DNA of 64,000 nt. It comes from Spirochaetia bacterium. GTDB taxonomy: Bacteria > Spirochaetota > Spirochaetia > SP-2023. This document shows positions 1 to 9,525 of this stretch, one piece after another. Within the stretch, counting starts at the first letter, position 1. Each line of letters begins with the position of its first letter. The stretch covers positions 864,001 to 928,000 of the forward strand of contig OZ253665.1 in assembly GCA_965263295.1 (NCBI GenBank), written 5' to 3'. Made by a program: the position numbers and the translations under genes. Under the pieces are notes generated by a model that was not told where the DNA came from, did not search any database, and was given only the letters and a program-made list of their open reading frames with translations.

Positions 1-3000
1 GTCCTGAGAAGAATTTATGTCCTGAAAATTAAGCCTTACGTCGCTTAAATCACCAGAACGATCAAAAAGCTTTGGCTTCACATTCACGTGCAGTCTTCGA
101 GATATGGGCACTCCCGAACTCCCGCCATTTTGCTCCTTCACCGTTGCTGTCACCACCACCACGTGGCGCGCATCGGCGCTGGGGACGAGCTCGATAATCG
201 CTTCAATCTTATCCTGACTAAAACCCTTTAGCGGCGAGTACAAGGTCAGGCTTGCTTCCGGGCCTGTTTCGCCTGTCTGCTCCACACCATTGACCGCCCA
301 GCTGTAAGTCAACGTATCACCCTCGACGTCAGTAGCCTCCACAGTGAAGGCCTGTGGCTCTGTGCCAGTATTTATATCCGCAAGCTGAAACCATTCATCC
401 TCTGCAACCGTAGCATCCCCAAACTCAAGCGTCGGCTTCACATTCACGTACAGTTTTCGAAATTGCGACTCGCTCTCCCCCATGTCATCCGTCACCGTTA
501 CTATCACCATCAACTCGTGGCGCTCATCGGCGCTCATCGCTTCAATCACATCCTGACTCAAACCCTTTAGCGGCGAGTACAAGGTCAGGTTGGCTTCCGG
601 GCCTGTTTCGCCTTTCTGAATCTTGTTATTGACCGCCCAGCTGTAGGTGAGCTCTCCGCCATCTTCGTCATGGCCTTGAACAATGAAGGTCTGTGGCTCC
701 GTAGGATCATTCACGTCTTCAAGCTGCAACCATTTACCATCTGCAACCGTAGCATCCGCAAACTCTAGCGTTGGCGCACGGTTGGGCTGCAGGGTCAAGC
801 CGTAGGTTGCCTCGGCACTGCCGCCGTCCTCATCCGTGACCGTCACCCGCACCTGATACGGATCCTCATTTGAAGCAAGTGCCTTCGTTGCCAGCGTAAA
901 AGCCTCTGTCTGCGCGCCTCGCGTCCAGTCGCCAGCCCCAGGTGCCTGGTACTCCCACTGGTATCTAAAACCCTCACTTGATTCCTCGTCGCTCACATTC
1001 ACGGCAAACCCAATATCCTGGCCCACCCTGGCCGTGCTGGAGTCTCCGCTTGAAGGCTTCGTAAAATTAGCAATCCTTGGCGCCACATTCACGTACAGCG
1101 TTCGAAATTTCTTCGAGCTCATCCCCATGGCATCCGTCACCGTTACTTTTACCAGAACCTCGTGGTGCTCATCGGTGCTCATCGCTTCAATCTCATCCTG
1201 ACTCAAACCCTTTAGCGGCGAGTACAAGGTCAGGTTGGCTTCCGGGCCTGTTTCGCCTTCCTGCTCCACACCATTGACCGTCCAGCTGTAGGTCAGCTCT
1301 CCGCCATCTTCGTCCCGAGCCAAAACTTTAAAGGCCTGCGGCTCCGTAGGATCATTCACGTCTTCAAGCTGCAACCATTTACCATCTGCAACCGTGCCAT
1401 CCAGAAAGCTAATCTCCGGCGCATCGTTAGGCTCCAAGGTCAACTGGTAAACCGCCTCGGCACTGCCGCCGTCTTCATCCTTAACCGTCACCCGCACTTG
1501 ATACGGATCCTCACTTGCTGCAAAACCCTTCGTTGCCAGCGTAAAAGCCTCTGTCTGCGCGCCTTGCGTCCAGTCGCCAGCCCCAGGTGCCCGGGACTCC
1601 CACTGGTATCTAAAACCCTCACTTGATTCCTCGTCGCTCACAGTCACTGCAAAGTCGACAGTTTCGCCCGCCCTGGCCGTGCCAGAGTTCCCAGCCGTCG
1701 GCTGCGCAAAGCTCAGCTCCGGCTGCGCATTCAGCTGCACTTCCACGCTATCTGCCCCAGCGGATGCCGGCTGCGCCGCCTGGCCATGCTCATCCTGCGC
1801 CTCAACCTTAACCAAGTAGCGGCCCGCCCTTTCGCTAAACTGATACTCCAGGCTCGCTCCCTCGCCTATTATATGGGACGATTCAGACCAGTCGCCATTG
1901 TCGTCTTGGTCGTCTTGGTCGTCTTGGTCTTCTTGCGCATACAGATGCCAAGTGTAACTTAGCCCCTCAGCTTCTCCATCAACCACGGCCTCAAATGTCA
2001 TACTTGGCTTTTCACCACTAGCCAGCTGCAAAATCTGCGATCCCGACGGGTTGACAACCCGCAAGCCAGCTGGCGCCACCTTGAAATCAAATTTTCGCTC
2101 GGCCGTCGCCCTACCATCGCGGTCATCGCTGACCTCAACTTTTACCGTCTTTATACCCGGATTTTCAGCTGTAAAAGTGAATTTCGCAGAACCTTGGGTA
2201 GTTTCCTGCTCTTCCTCCTGCACTGCTCCATCCTCGTCGAGCAACTGCCACTCGTAGGTAAAGCTGCTCATCGATTCTACACCGCCTTTCGCAGAAACTA
2301 CGACCATCACATCCGAACCCACCGACACAGCGGTCGGCGCCGCATCAAGCGTGAGTGCGGCATCGCGCTCATCCTCGCCATTTGCGAATCCCGTCGTGCC
2401 AATCTCCCAGTATATCTTCGGATCGGCTACAGTGGCAGGACTTAAAGTTGCCCAAGGCTGTATCCGCATCGAGAATTTTTCCGGCAGCTCAATGCTGGCC
2501 GTGGCCTGGAATTGCCCTTCGGCAGTTTGGGTGGCCAAGAAAGCCTCAACCACCACCTCTAATTCACCGGCGGAAATATCGGACCATTCAACAGGCAAAT
2601 AATCTTTCCAATCCTGAGGATCGAGGACAAAAAATTGTTTTTCACCCTCTACCGCCGTGATCTGATATTCAGTGGCATCGCCGCCATCATTGTAATTTTC
2701 ACTCCGCTGCAGCCAGAAAGTTTCGGCAATTTCATCCGCAGTCTCAGCAGAATCTTCAGAGGCGCTTGCTTCAGCTTCTGAATTTTCGGCGGCTTCATCT
2801 GTCGCCTCACTGTCTGCCATTTTTTGGCGCAGACCCCAGCGCACGACCACATCAGCCCAAAAATCGGCCAGATCCTCCGTGCCCAGCTCGCTATCTTCCA
2901 AGACGATGTACTCGTCTTTAATAAAGGAATCAATATAAAATTGAATTTCCCCGGTATCGTCAATTCTCTTTGAGTCCAGGTCAATTAATGTTTTGGGCCC

Positions 3001-3102
3001 AGAGTCCGAATCGGATGAATCATCCTCACAACCCCAAACAAACAGGGCCAAAAGCACGAAGCTGACGGCAAAGAGCCGTTTAAAAATTAGGTCAGATGAC
3101 AT
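1..3102 (-). CDS. Large surface lipoprotein with tandem Ig-like/PKD-like repeats (3' end outside the window, >1034 aa)
   Basis: Manual translation from ATG at 3102 (AGGAGG RBS at 3111-3116) is open to base 1. It starts MSSDLIFKRLFAVSFVLLALFVWG-C (lipobox-like Cys), has acidic linkers, and repeats 'TYSW.VNG', 'VTVTDEDGG' and 'N.AP' beta-sandwich motifs. It is absent from the ORF track because there is no stop in the window. Confidence 0.85.
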   Translation of the reverse strand, partial: MSSDLIFKRLFAVSFVLLALFVWGCEDDSSDSDSGPKTLIDLDSKRIDDTGEIQFYIDSFIKDEYIVLEDSELGTEDLADFWADVVVRWGLRQKMADSEATDEAAENSEAEASASEDSAETADEIAETFWLQRSENYNDGGDATEYQITAVEGEKQFFVLDPQDWKDYLPVEWSDISAGELEVVVEAFLATQTAEGQFQATASIELPEKFSMRIQPWATLSPATVADPKIYWEIGTTGFANGEDERDAALTLDAAPTAVSVGSDVMVVVSAKGGVESMSSFTYEWQLLDEDGAVQEEEQETTQGSAKFTFTAENPGIKTVKVEVSDDRDGRATAERKFDFKVAPAGLRVVNPSGSQILQLASGEKPSMTFEAVVDGEAEGLSYTWHLYAQEDQDDQDDQDDNGDWSESSHIIGEGASLEYQFSERAGRYLVKVEAQDEHGQAAQPASAGADSVEVQLNAQPELSFAQPTAGNSGTARAGETVDFAVTVSDEESSEGFRYQWESRAPGAGDWTQGAQTEAFTLATKGFAASEDPYQVRVTVKDEDGGSAEAVYQLTLEPNDAPEISFLDGTVADGKWLQLEDVNDPTEPQAFKVLARDEDGGELTYSWTVNGVEQEGETGPEANLTLYSPLKGLSQDEIEAMSTDEHHEVLVKVTVTDAMGMSSKKFRTLYVNVAPRIANFTKPSSGDSSTARVGQDIGFAVNVSDEESSEGFRYQWEYQAPGAGDWTRGAQTEAFTLATKALASNEDPYQVRVTVTDEDGGSAEATYGLTLQPNRAPTLEFADATVADGKWLQLEDVNDPTEPQTFIVQGHDEDGGELTYSWAVNNKIQKGETGPEANLTLYSPLKGLSQDVIEAMSADERHELMVIVTVTDDMGESESQFRKLYVNVKPTLEFGDATVAEDEWFQLADINTGTEPQAFTVEATDVEGDTLTYSWAVNGVEQTGETGPEASLTLYSPLKGFSQDKIEAIIELVPSADARHVVVVTATVKEQNGGSSGVPISRRLHVNVKPKLFDRSGDLSDVRLNFQDINSSQD
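75..1730 (-). repeat. Intragenic tandem domain repeats, order A-B-A-B-B
   Basis: GCGGCGAGTACAAGGTCAGG recurs at 231, 570 and 1215 (offsets 339 and 645). GTATCTAAAACCCTCACTTGATTCCTCGTCGCTCACA recurs at 961 and 1606 (offset 645). Outer boundaries are approximate. Confidence 0.9.
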
Positions 3103-3231
3103 ATCTGTATCCTCCTTATAAAAAGAATGTGGGCTACAAATTTTAAATGAGGAACGATATGAAATAGAAAATAATAATATTGGTTCGCAGGCACGGGCAA
3201 ACTTGCCAATAGAAGCGCCTACAACAGCTCT

Positions 3232-3260
3232 AGTATATTGCCCAAAACCAACTTTGGCAA
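3232..3260 (-). promoter_or_regulatory. Putative sigma70 promoter of the repeat lipoprotein
   Basis: TTGCCA-17 nt-TATACT on the minus strand, about 130 nt upstream of the ATG. Confidence 0.6.
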
Positions 3261-3311
3261 GTATTTTTCAAATATTTTACAAAATATTTTCGCCTTTCCC
3301 CTTCGGAGACT

Positions 3312-3510
3312 CTGGCCAAGTAACCACGAAAAACACTAAAAAAAATACAAAACAACACGAAAAATTCTAAAATTCTAAAGAGCCCATCCGCCTGGACGCC
3401 CCCCGCAGCCCCCCATCGTTTCCCCCGCGGCTCCCCCGTCTAAATTTCGTGCCTTTTCGCCACCTTTCGTGCTTTTCGTGGTTACTCTTTCGTGTACTTT
3501 CGTGATCCCC
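3312..3510. repeat. Dispersed CACGAAA/TTTCGTG periodic repeat element, copy 1 (inverted ends, no internal gene)
   Basis: AGTAACCACGAAAA (3319-3332) is the exact reverse complement of TTTTCGTGGTTACT (3473-3486). TTTCGTG units recur with roughly 9-10 nt period. Related copies lie at 34241-34352 and at 35079-35094 plus 35860-35937. Confidence 0.8.
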
Positions 3511-3639
3511 TTGTCGTGGATTCCCCAAGGTCAGGGCCCATTGATTTCAGGGGAGCAAAGTGATTTAATATCTCTAAACCCCAATTATGAGGGCGTGTTC
3601 CGGCTCCCTGACAAAAACAAACTTTCACGATAAACTGCA

Positions 3640-4575
3640 GTGCTTATGAACCCAGCAACGAACTCACAAGAAGCCATTATTAGCTTTATGAACTGGTGGC
3701 AGGGCTTGATTCTGGGGGTTTTACAAGGCCTGACCGAATACCTTCCCGTCTCTAGCTCCGGCCACCTAGCCATAACCGAGCTAATGTTTGGCTTACAAAT
3801 GCCCGTAAGCGTCGATGTACTCCTGCACCTAGCCACCCTAATACCCACGGTCTGGATCTTTCGTCAAAAAATTGGCTCGCTATTATGCAGTTTGTGGACC
3901 ATCCTGCGCAACAGCCTAGCTCTCTTGTCTCGCCGCAAGGACTTCAATGAATTAAGCCCTAAAGTTAAAGCAGACGGCCGTTATATTGCAATCGTTTTGT
4001 GGATTACGTTATTTACATTTATTGTCGCTTATCCGCAGAAAGACCTGCAGCTAAAGTTCCAGCCCCTACTAATTGCAGGCGCCTTTCTTTTTACGGCCTT
4101 TTTTTTGCTTTTACAGCACCTGCTGCCGGAAAAGTCCGCGCCTGAGAATGGCTCCAGTATCTTACAAGCCGCCTCTGGCAAGAAGGCCTTGTTGCTCTCT
4201 GCTCTAATCGGTTTGGCTCAAGGCATTGCCGCCCTCCCCGGCGTTTCACGTTCGGGCATGACCATCAGCGTGGCCCTGTTAATCGGGTTAAAACGCCGTG
4301 AGGCCGGAGAACTCTCCTTTATCATTTCCATTCCCGTCATCGCTGGCGCCCTGCTCCTGGACAGCAAAGAGCTGCTAGGCATTTTAAGTCTGGTGCAGCA
4401 GGCCAGAGGCGATGCCCTATTCAGCGTGGCCCTGGCTTTTGCCAGCGCTTGTGGCGCCGGCTTTATAGCTTTGCGACTCTTGCTCAATGTGCTCGACAAG
4501 GGCAAATTTTATTTTTTCTCAATCTACCTAACATTAATTTCAGCCTTCACCTTTTTTTATTTTTATTCAAACTGA
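3640..4575 (+). CDS. uppP: Undecaprenyl-diphosphate phosphatase (BacA/UppP)
   Basis: LGVLQGLTEYLPVSSSGHL and PGVSRSGMTI signature motifs. The true start may be ATG 3688. Confidence 0.93.
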   Translation: MLMNPATNSQEAIISFMNWWQGLILGVLQGLTEYLPVSSSGHLAITELMFGLQMPVSVDVLLHLATLIPTVWIFRQKIGSLLCSLWTILRNSLALLSRRKDFNELSPKVKADGRYIAIVLWITLFTFIVAYPQKDLQLKFQPLLIAGAFLFTAFFLLLQHLLPEKSAPENGSSILQAASGKKALLLSALIGLAQGIAALPGVSRSGMTISVALLIGLKRREAGELSFIISIPVIAGALLLDSKELLGILSLVQQARGDALFSVALAFASACGAGFIALRLLLNVLDKGKFYFFSIYLTLISAFTFFYFYSN

Positions 4576-4636
4576 CGATGTATTTAAACCCTGTAAACAA
4601 ACTTTTTGCCCAGTAGCAAACCCATTAGCAAAGCTC

Positions 4637-6007
4637 ATGAATTCTGGAATTTGCGCGAATGCTGGTGCGAACAAAAATGCTTCCCCCAATGGGGACAATG
4701 GCAGTGATAAATTGCTGCAAGTCCTGCTGCATCAAATGCCCCAGAAATTGCAACGAATCCTAGCCAGCTCTTTAATCTCTCCAGCCTTTTCTTCCGGTCA
4801 ATCGCAAGGCCCTTTTCTGCCTCTCCCTTTGCCTGGGATCTCGCCTGACCTCTCGCCAGAGTCCACGGCAAGCAAATGGCCCAAAGCACGGCACAGCTCA
4901 GCGACCCCCACAACGACATCCCATGCACGGCAAGAGCTAAGCATTGACAGTTCCGGCACTTTTTACCCCCTTTCTCACCGTTCTCCTCCTTCTCTCCTTT
5001 CTCCTCTTTCTTGCCCCGCTCGCTCTTGGGAAGAACGACATTGGCAACAGCTGCAAAGTTGTGCCTTGCGAGCTCAGAGCAGCCAGCAAAACTGCTGGCA
5101 GATGTTCAAAGACTTTGGCCTCAGCACTTACGTCCCATACCCATACTTTGAAACTTGCTATCGCGCCAGCCAAGACTGCCTGGAGCGTGAAATGCATGGT
5201 GAGTTACAGATTATCCTGCAGCGGCAGCCCGAATATCCAGACAGCCTATTTGCTTTACGCAATTCACCGCGCTTACTTTTCTGGCGCGGCGAACTGCTGC
5301 CCCAGAACGAAGCGGCTACAGCTATAATTGGCAGCCGCCGGGCCGACCGTTGGGCTCTGCGTCAAGCTTGGCAGGAAGCCTTGCTGCTACAAAAGAAATT
5401 ACAAGCAGTTGACGGCCCCAAGCATTTACATGCCGAGCCCTCCACGCAGAAGCACTGGATTATCAGTGGCCTGGCACAAGGCTGCGATTACGCTGCCCAC
5501 ACGGGAGCCCTCGACGCCGGCGGGCCGACCTTGGCAGTTTTGCCCTGCGGTTTTGAACGCCTTTATCCCCAATGCCACAGCAGTCTGGCCGAGCGCATCG
5601 TCGCCGAAGGTGGAGCTCTGCTCAGCGAGTACCTACCCCAGGCCGCGCCACTGAAGTGGCGATTTATTCGGCGCGACCGCCTTCAAGCTGCCTTGGCCCA
5701 ACAATTACTCTTAATACAAAGTCGCCTCGACGGCGGTAGCATGCACGCCGTGCAAACGGCCTTGCAGCTAGGGCATCCGGTTTACGTACTGGATGGCAGC
5801 GAAACTTGTTGGCAAATACAGTCGCCCGATTCCACATCGACGACAGACAAAGAAAATCTCGACGGAAAAATAAAATACACGGGCAGCTTGCGACTGCGGG
5901 CCCCGGCCCAGATGCGTCAATTTCGCCAGGACAGATCGTTGATGACGGCCAACTATACCTTATTAGAAAAGGGCCTAGCTCAAACCTGGTCCCGGCACTT
6001 GAGCTAA
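4637..6007 (+). CDS. dprA: DNA-processing protein DprA/Smf
   Basis: EYPDSL..LRNSPRLLFWRG, AIIGSRRA, IISGLAQGCDYAAH..AL, AVLPCG and LLSEY..F.RRDR motifs. The N-terminus is low-complexity, so the start is uncertain. Confidence 0.88.
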   Translation: MNSGICANAGANKNASPNGDNGSDKLLQVLLHQMPQKLQRILASSLISPAFSSGQSQGPFLPLPLPGISPDLSPESTASKWPKARHSSATPTTTSHARQELSIDSSGTFYPLSHRSPPSLLSPLSCPARSWEERHWQQLQSCALRAQSSQQNCWQMFKDFGLSTYVPYPYFETCYRASQDCLEREMHGELQIILQRQPEYPDSLFALRNSPRLLFWRGELLPQNEAATAIIGSRRADRWALRQAWQEALLLQKKLQAVDGPKHLHAEPSTQKHWIISGLAQGCDYAAHTGALDAGGPTLAVLPCGFERLYPQCHSSLAERIVAEGGALLSEYLPQAAPLKWRFIRRDRLQAALAQQLLLIQSRLDGGSMHAVQTALQLGHPVYVLDGSETCWQIQSPDSTSTTDKENLDGKIKYTGSLRLRAPAQMRQFRQDRSLMTANYTLLEKGLAQTWSRHLS

Positions 6008-6178
6008 AAAAAACATCGTTAGAGAAACTTTCCTTGTGTTATTGCCCCGGCCTCGTTAGACTCTGACGCCAGAGCGCAATCCAAATGCAACAAAAGCACA
6101 ATCAGGCTCTCGTAGCCTCAATGCCAAAATGCCAGGGCGCGATTTTCTGATCCTCAGCCCCTTACCAAGGAGTCTATT

Positions 6179-6751
6179 TTGTCTTTTGAAAGCACCCTAT
6201 CGCAACAAGAAGATGGCCTGTACGCCCAGCTCCAGCTCGGCAGTGGTGACATCCTTTGCAAACTCGAATTCCAGCGCACGCCGATTACGGTCGCCAGCTT
6301 TATTGGCCTGGCTGAAGGCCGCTTTGACACCGCGAACGCCAGCGCCGGGCAACATTATTTCGACGGCCTGAAATTTCACCGTGTCGAGCCTGGTTTTGTC
6401 ATCCAGGGAGGCGACCCAAAAGGCAACGGCACCGGAGGCCCCGGCTACGAATTCCCCAACGAAATTCACGACGAACTCAAACACGACCGAGCCGGAATCC
6501 TCTCCATGGCAAACGCTGGCCCCGACACTAACGGCAGCCAGTTTTTTATCACGCTCGGAAATGCGTCCTTTCTGGACGGCGGCTATTCAGTCTTTGGCTC
6601 CGTCGTCTCTGGCCTCGACCTGGTCCAGAAGGTCAAAATAGGCGATGTCATTCAACGCGTAATCGTTCATCGCAAAGGTGCGGCCGCCGAACAATTTGCC
6701 CCTAGCTGGGAAGAATTTCAGGCCATGATAGGCAAAAAAGCGAAATGGTGA
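6179..6751 (+). CDS. Cyclophilin-type peptidyl-prolyl cis-trans isomerase
   Basis: FDGLKFHRVEPGFVIQGGDP, LSMANAGPDTNGSQFFIT and YSVFG motifs. AAGGAG RBS before the TTG start. Confidence 0.93.
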   Translation: MSFESTLSQQEDGLYAQLQLGSGDILCKLEFQRTPITVASFIGLAEGRFDTANASAGQHYFDGLKFHRVEPGFVIQGGDPKGNGTGGPGYEFPNEIHDELKHDRAGILSMANAGPDTNGSQFFITLGNASFLDGGYSVFGSVVSGLDLVQKVKIGDVIQRVIVHRKGAAAEQFAPSWEEFQAMIGKKAKW

Positions 6752-6889
6752 CCTTGAATATCTGTGTTACAAAATTTTGCACAATGAAGCAGATGGCCTG
6801 GCTTGCTTCTTATTTTTGAAATAAAAAACATGGAGATCAGCAGCTTTACTGACCTGATCTATCTCACAGAATGGAGAGCGATAAAAAAC

Positions 6890-8002
6890 ATGACAAACCT
6901 CATAACAAACACTTTTAAACCCAATAACCCAATAAATGGCTCAATACGATGGAGTTTCCTCTACTTCTTTGTCTTTTTATCCCTGAGCTTTGTGGCTTGC
7001 AGTGCCAAACCCAAAATGCCCGGCGACGGCATATTTGCCAAAATAGAGACGGACAAAGGAGATATCCTTGCCCAACTGGAATTTGAAAAAGTCCCGCTGA
7101 CCGTCATGAACTTTGTCGGCCTGGCTGAAGGTCGCTTTGACGCCCCTAATGCCCCAGAGGGGAAACATTATTTCGACGGCCTGAGTTTTCACCGCGTGGA
7201 GCCTGGCTTTGTCATCCAGGGAGGAGACCCACAAGGCAACGGCAGCGGGGGCCCCGGATATGAATTCCCCAATGAAATTGTGGCCGAGCTAAACCACGAT
7301 AATGAAGGCGTACTTTCCATGGCGAATGCCGGCCCCGATACCAATGGCAGCCAGTTTTTCATTACCTTGGCCTCAGCTCCCTTCCTCAATGGCGCTTATT
7401 CGGTCTTTGGCCATGTCGTTGAAGGTATGGACGTGGTCAAAAATATTGCGCAAGGCGATAAAATGAATACCGTTACGATTATCCGTCAAGGCGCCAAGGC
7501 CAAAGCTTTTCAGCCGACTTGGGCGGAGTTTCAGGCCCTGGCGCAAAAAATGCGCAGTGAGACTGAGGCCAGTAACCTCAAGTTTGCCGAGGGAACCCGC
7601 AAAACCTTAGAAGATTTTGCGCGGGAGCAGTGGTCTGATCTTGCTTTCAGCAAAGGCGCCGATGGCCTGGAAGTTTACATTGCCAAAGAAGGAGACGGGC
7701 CGAACGGCGTTGAAATTGGCAACGTCAAAGAATATAAAGTACACTATACTCTTTGGACACCCTCCGAAGATGGTGGCGTCAACAAAGCCGATAGCTCCGT
7801 CGATCGCGGAGAGCCAATTGAAGTCTCGCCAGAGCAAGTCATCCGCGCTTGGGGCGAGTCCTTGCCCCAAATGCAGGTAGGCGAAAGACGCATCATGCTG
7901 GTTCCCAGTGAACTCGGCTACGGTAGCCAGGGTAGCCCCCCTGTCATTCAGCCCAACAGTTACCTGCTGTTTGAGATGGAAATGCTTGGCTTTGTTCCCT
8001 AG
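6890..8002 (+). CDS. Lipoprotein PPIase: cyclophilin domain fused to an FKBP domain
   Basis: LSFVA-C lipobox, an intact cyclophilin motif set, and C-terminal FKBP motifs VHYT, VIRAWGESL.QMQVGERR...PSELGYG and IQPNSYLLFEMEML. The ORF track start is 6803; ATG 6890 is preferred. Confidence 0.9.
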   Translation: MTNLITNTFKPNNPINGSIRWSFLYFFVFLSLSFVACSAKPKMPGDGIFAKIETDKGDILAQLEFEKVPLTVMNFVGLAEGRFDAPNAPEGKHYFDGLSFHRVEPGFVIQGGDPQGNGSGGPGYEFPNEIVAELNHDNEGVLSMANAGPDTNGSQFFITLASAPFLNGAYSVFGHVVEGMDVVKNIAQGDKMNTVTIIRQGAKAKAFQPTWAEFQALAQKMRSETEASNLKFAEGTRKTLEDFAREQWSDLAFSKGADGLEVYIAKEGDGPNGVEIGNVKEYKVHYTLWTPSEDGGVNKADSSVDRGEPIEVSPEQVIRAWGESLPQMQVGERRIMLVPSELGYGSQGSPPVIQPNSYLLFEMEMLGFVP

Positions 8003-8073
8003 GGTTCGGGTTCTGTCTAGGGTTCGCGGCTTCAAGGATTCTCTAAGATTCACTAGGTCAAAATGAATATATC

Positions 8074-9486
8074 GTGAAGAGAAAAGCCCTTGCAGGCCCT
8101 TGGAACGTAAAAATCCAGGGTTTCACACGAAGCCCTGGATTTACGGCTATCATTAGTATACAATGCTCGGCGCTTCTAATGCTCATGTCTTTGCAAAAAC
8201 TTTTCGACACCACAATTTATCTCCCTTTTCGGAAGCTGCGCCTTCAATCTCCAAAGTACAATTCAATTTCAACTTTGCTGCGGGCTCAAAATCTGCTGCT
8301 TTTGCTGCCGTTATTTTGGCTGGGTTGTTCCCAGGCACGCAGCATAGCCCGCAAAGCAGAGGAGGCGAACAAGTTCAAAAAGCAAGCTGCCAAGAGCATC
8401 GAAGAACTTAATATTCAGGTTCAGCAGGCCAGTTGGCCCGATTTACCGCAGCAGCCGGAGCTAGCTAAAAGCATTCAGATAAAAATGCATACCCGCTCAG
8501 GTACTTTACAGGCTCGTTTAGCCTTTCAGATCGCACCCCTTGCCTGTGCCCACTTTCTCTACCTCTCGCAAAGCAACGATGACAGCAAAAGCTGGGAATT
8601 CTCTTCCAATACCAGCGCTTATCTGAAATTACACAAACCCACATTACATAGCGACACAGGGGACGAGCTCACCCCGTATCCTTTTGTGGAATACTCTGAA
8701 TGGCTGCGCTTTGACCGGCCTGGAGTACTGGCCTTTCAAAGCATGGCCCAGACAGACACCAATCAGCTGCTGATTAGCTTGAGTCCCCAGCCAGACATGT
8801 GGGGCAGATTCAGCGCCTTTGGCCTAATAGAACAAGATCCAGAGAACCTGGAACTATTGCGCAGGCTCAGTTCGCAAGACCACATCCTTTCGGTGGAAGC
8901 CAGCAGTGACAATGCTGAAGGCCAGAATTTCCTGGCGGAACTGCGGCGCGATGCCTCCGCCATGCTCGCACGGTTGCGCGCTGCGGCCTTATACCAACGC
9001 CCACAAGGCAGTCTGGCCGCCATCCATCAACAACTTGCCCGCGACTTTGCCACAATACAATGGCCCCGCTTTCAACGCCAGAAGCTGAAACAGTTAAACC
9101 CTTTGGCAAATGGGAGTCAAGCAACTGAGCTAAAGATGAACTGGGGCTTAGAATATAAAATCTTGCAGGATGGCCAGACAGAGGGAAAAGAGCATCCACA
9201 AAGTGCTTCTCCACAAGAATTTCAAATCCAGTATGCAGTCTGGGCGACGCAAAACGATGGCCGCAGCCTGCTGCTGGAAGATCGCATTCAGCAGCAAGAA
9301 ACTGTCTGGGTGCGCCCGGCCCAGCTTTTCCCGGCCTGGAAGGCCGCTCTGCAAAATATGCGCCTCGCGGAAAAACGCTTGTACATCATGCCCCCCGAAG
9401 GAGTTTACGGCATTGCGGGGCGGCCGCCAGATATCCCACCCTGGTCCTACTTAATTATGGAACTCTACCTGCTCGACACCCGATAA
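8074..9486 (+). CDS. Degenerate cyclophilin-FKBP fusion lipoprotein
   Basis: FWLG-C lipobox, cyclophilin remnants (APLACAHF, FDRPGVLAF, FSAFG) without FHRV/QGGD, and an FKBP-like C-terminus (AWKAALQNMRLAEKRLYIMPPEGVYG..IPPWSYLIMELYLL). Start uncertain. Confidence 0.75.
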   Translation: MKRKALAGPWNVKIQGFTRSPGFTAIISIQCSALLMLMSLQKLFDTTIYLPFRKLRLQSPKYNSISTLLRAQNLLLLLPLFWLGCSQARSIARKAEEANKFKKQAAKSIEELNIQVQQASWPDLPQQPELAKSIQIKMHTRSGTLQARLAFQIAPLACAHFLYLSQSNDDSKSWEFSSNTSAYLKLHKPTLHSDTGDELTPYPFVEYSEWLRFDRPGVLAFQSMAQTDTNQLLISLSPQPDMWGRFSAFGLIEQDPENLELLRRLSSQDHILSVEASSDNAEGQNFLAELRRDASAMLARLRAAALYQRPQGSLAAIHQQLARDFATIQWPRFQRQKLKQLNPLANGSQATELKMNWGLEYKILQDGQTEGKEHPQSASPQEFQIQYAVWATQNDGRSLLLEDRIQQQETVWVRPAQLFPAWKAALQNMRLAEKRLYIMPPEGVYGIAGRPPDIPPWSYLIMELYLLDTR

Positions 9487-9525
9487 AGTCCTCAAGAACT
9501 TCTCAAGCCCAAAAGGAGACTCCCT

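Noticed and set aside
1077..2984. Small ORFs listed in the track over 1-3 kb
   Set aside because: They are antisense or off-frame shadows of the long minus-strand lipoprotein gene.
8111..8142. Hairpin AAATCCAGGG…CCCTGGATTT upstream of the third PPIase
   Set aside because: It is a single copy with no clear U-tract and is probably an ordinary intergenic stem-loop.
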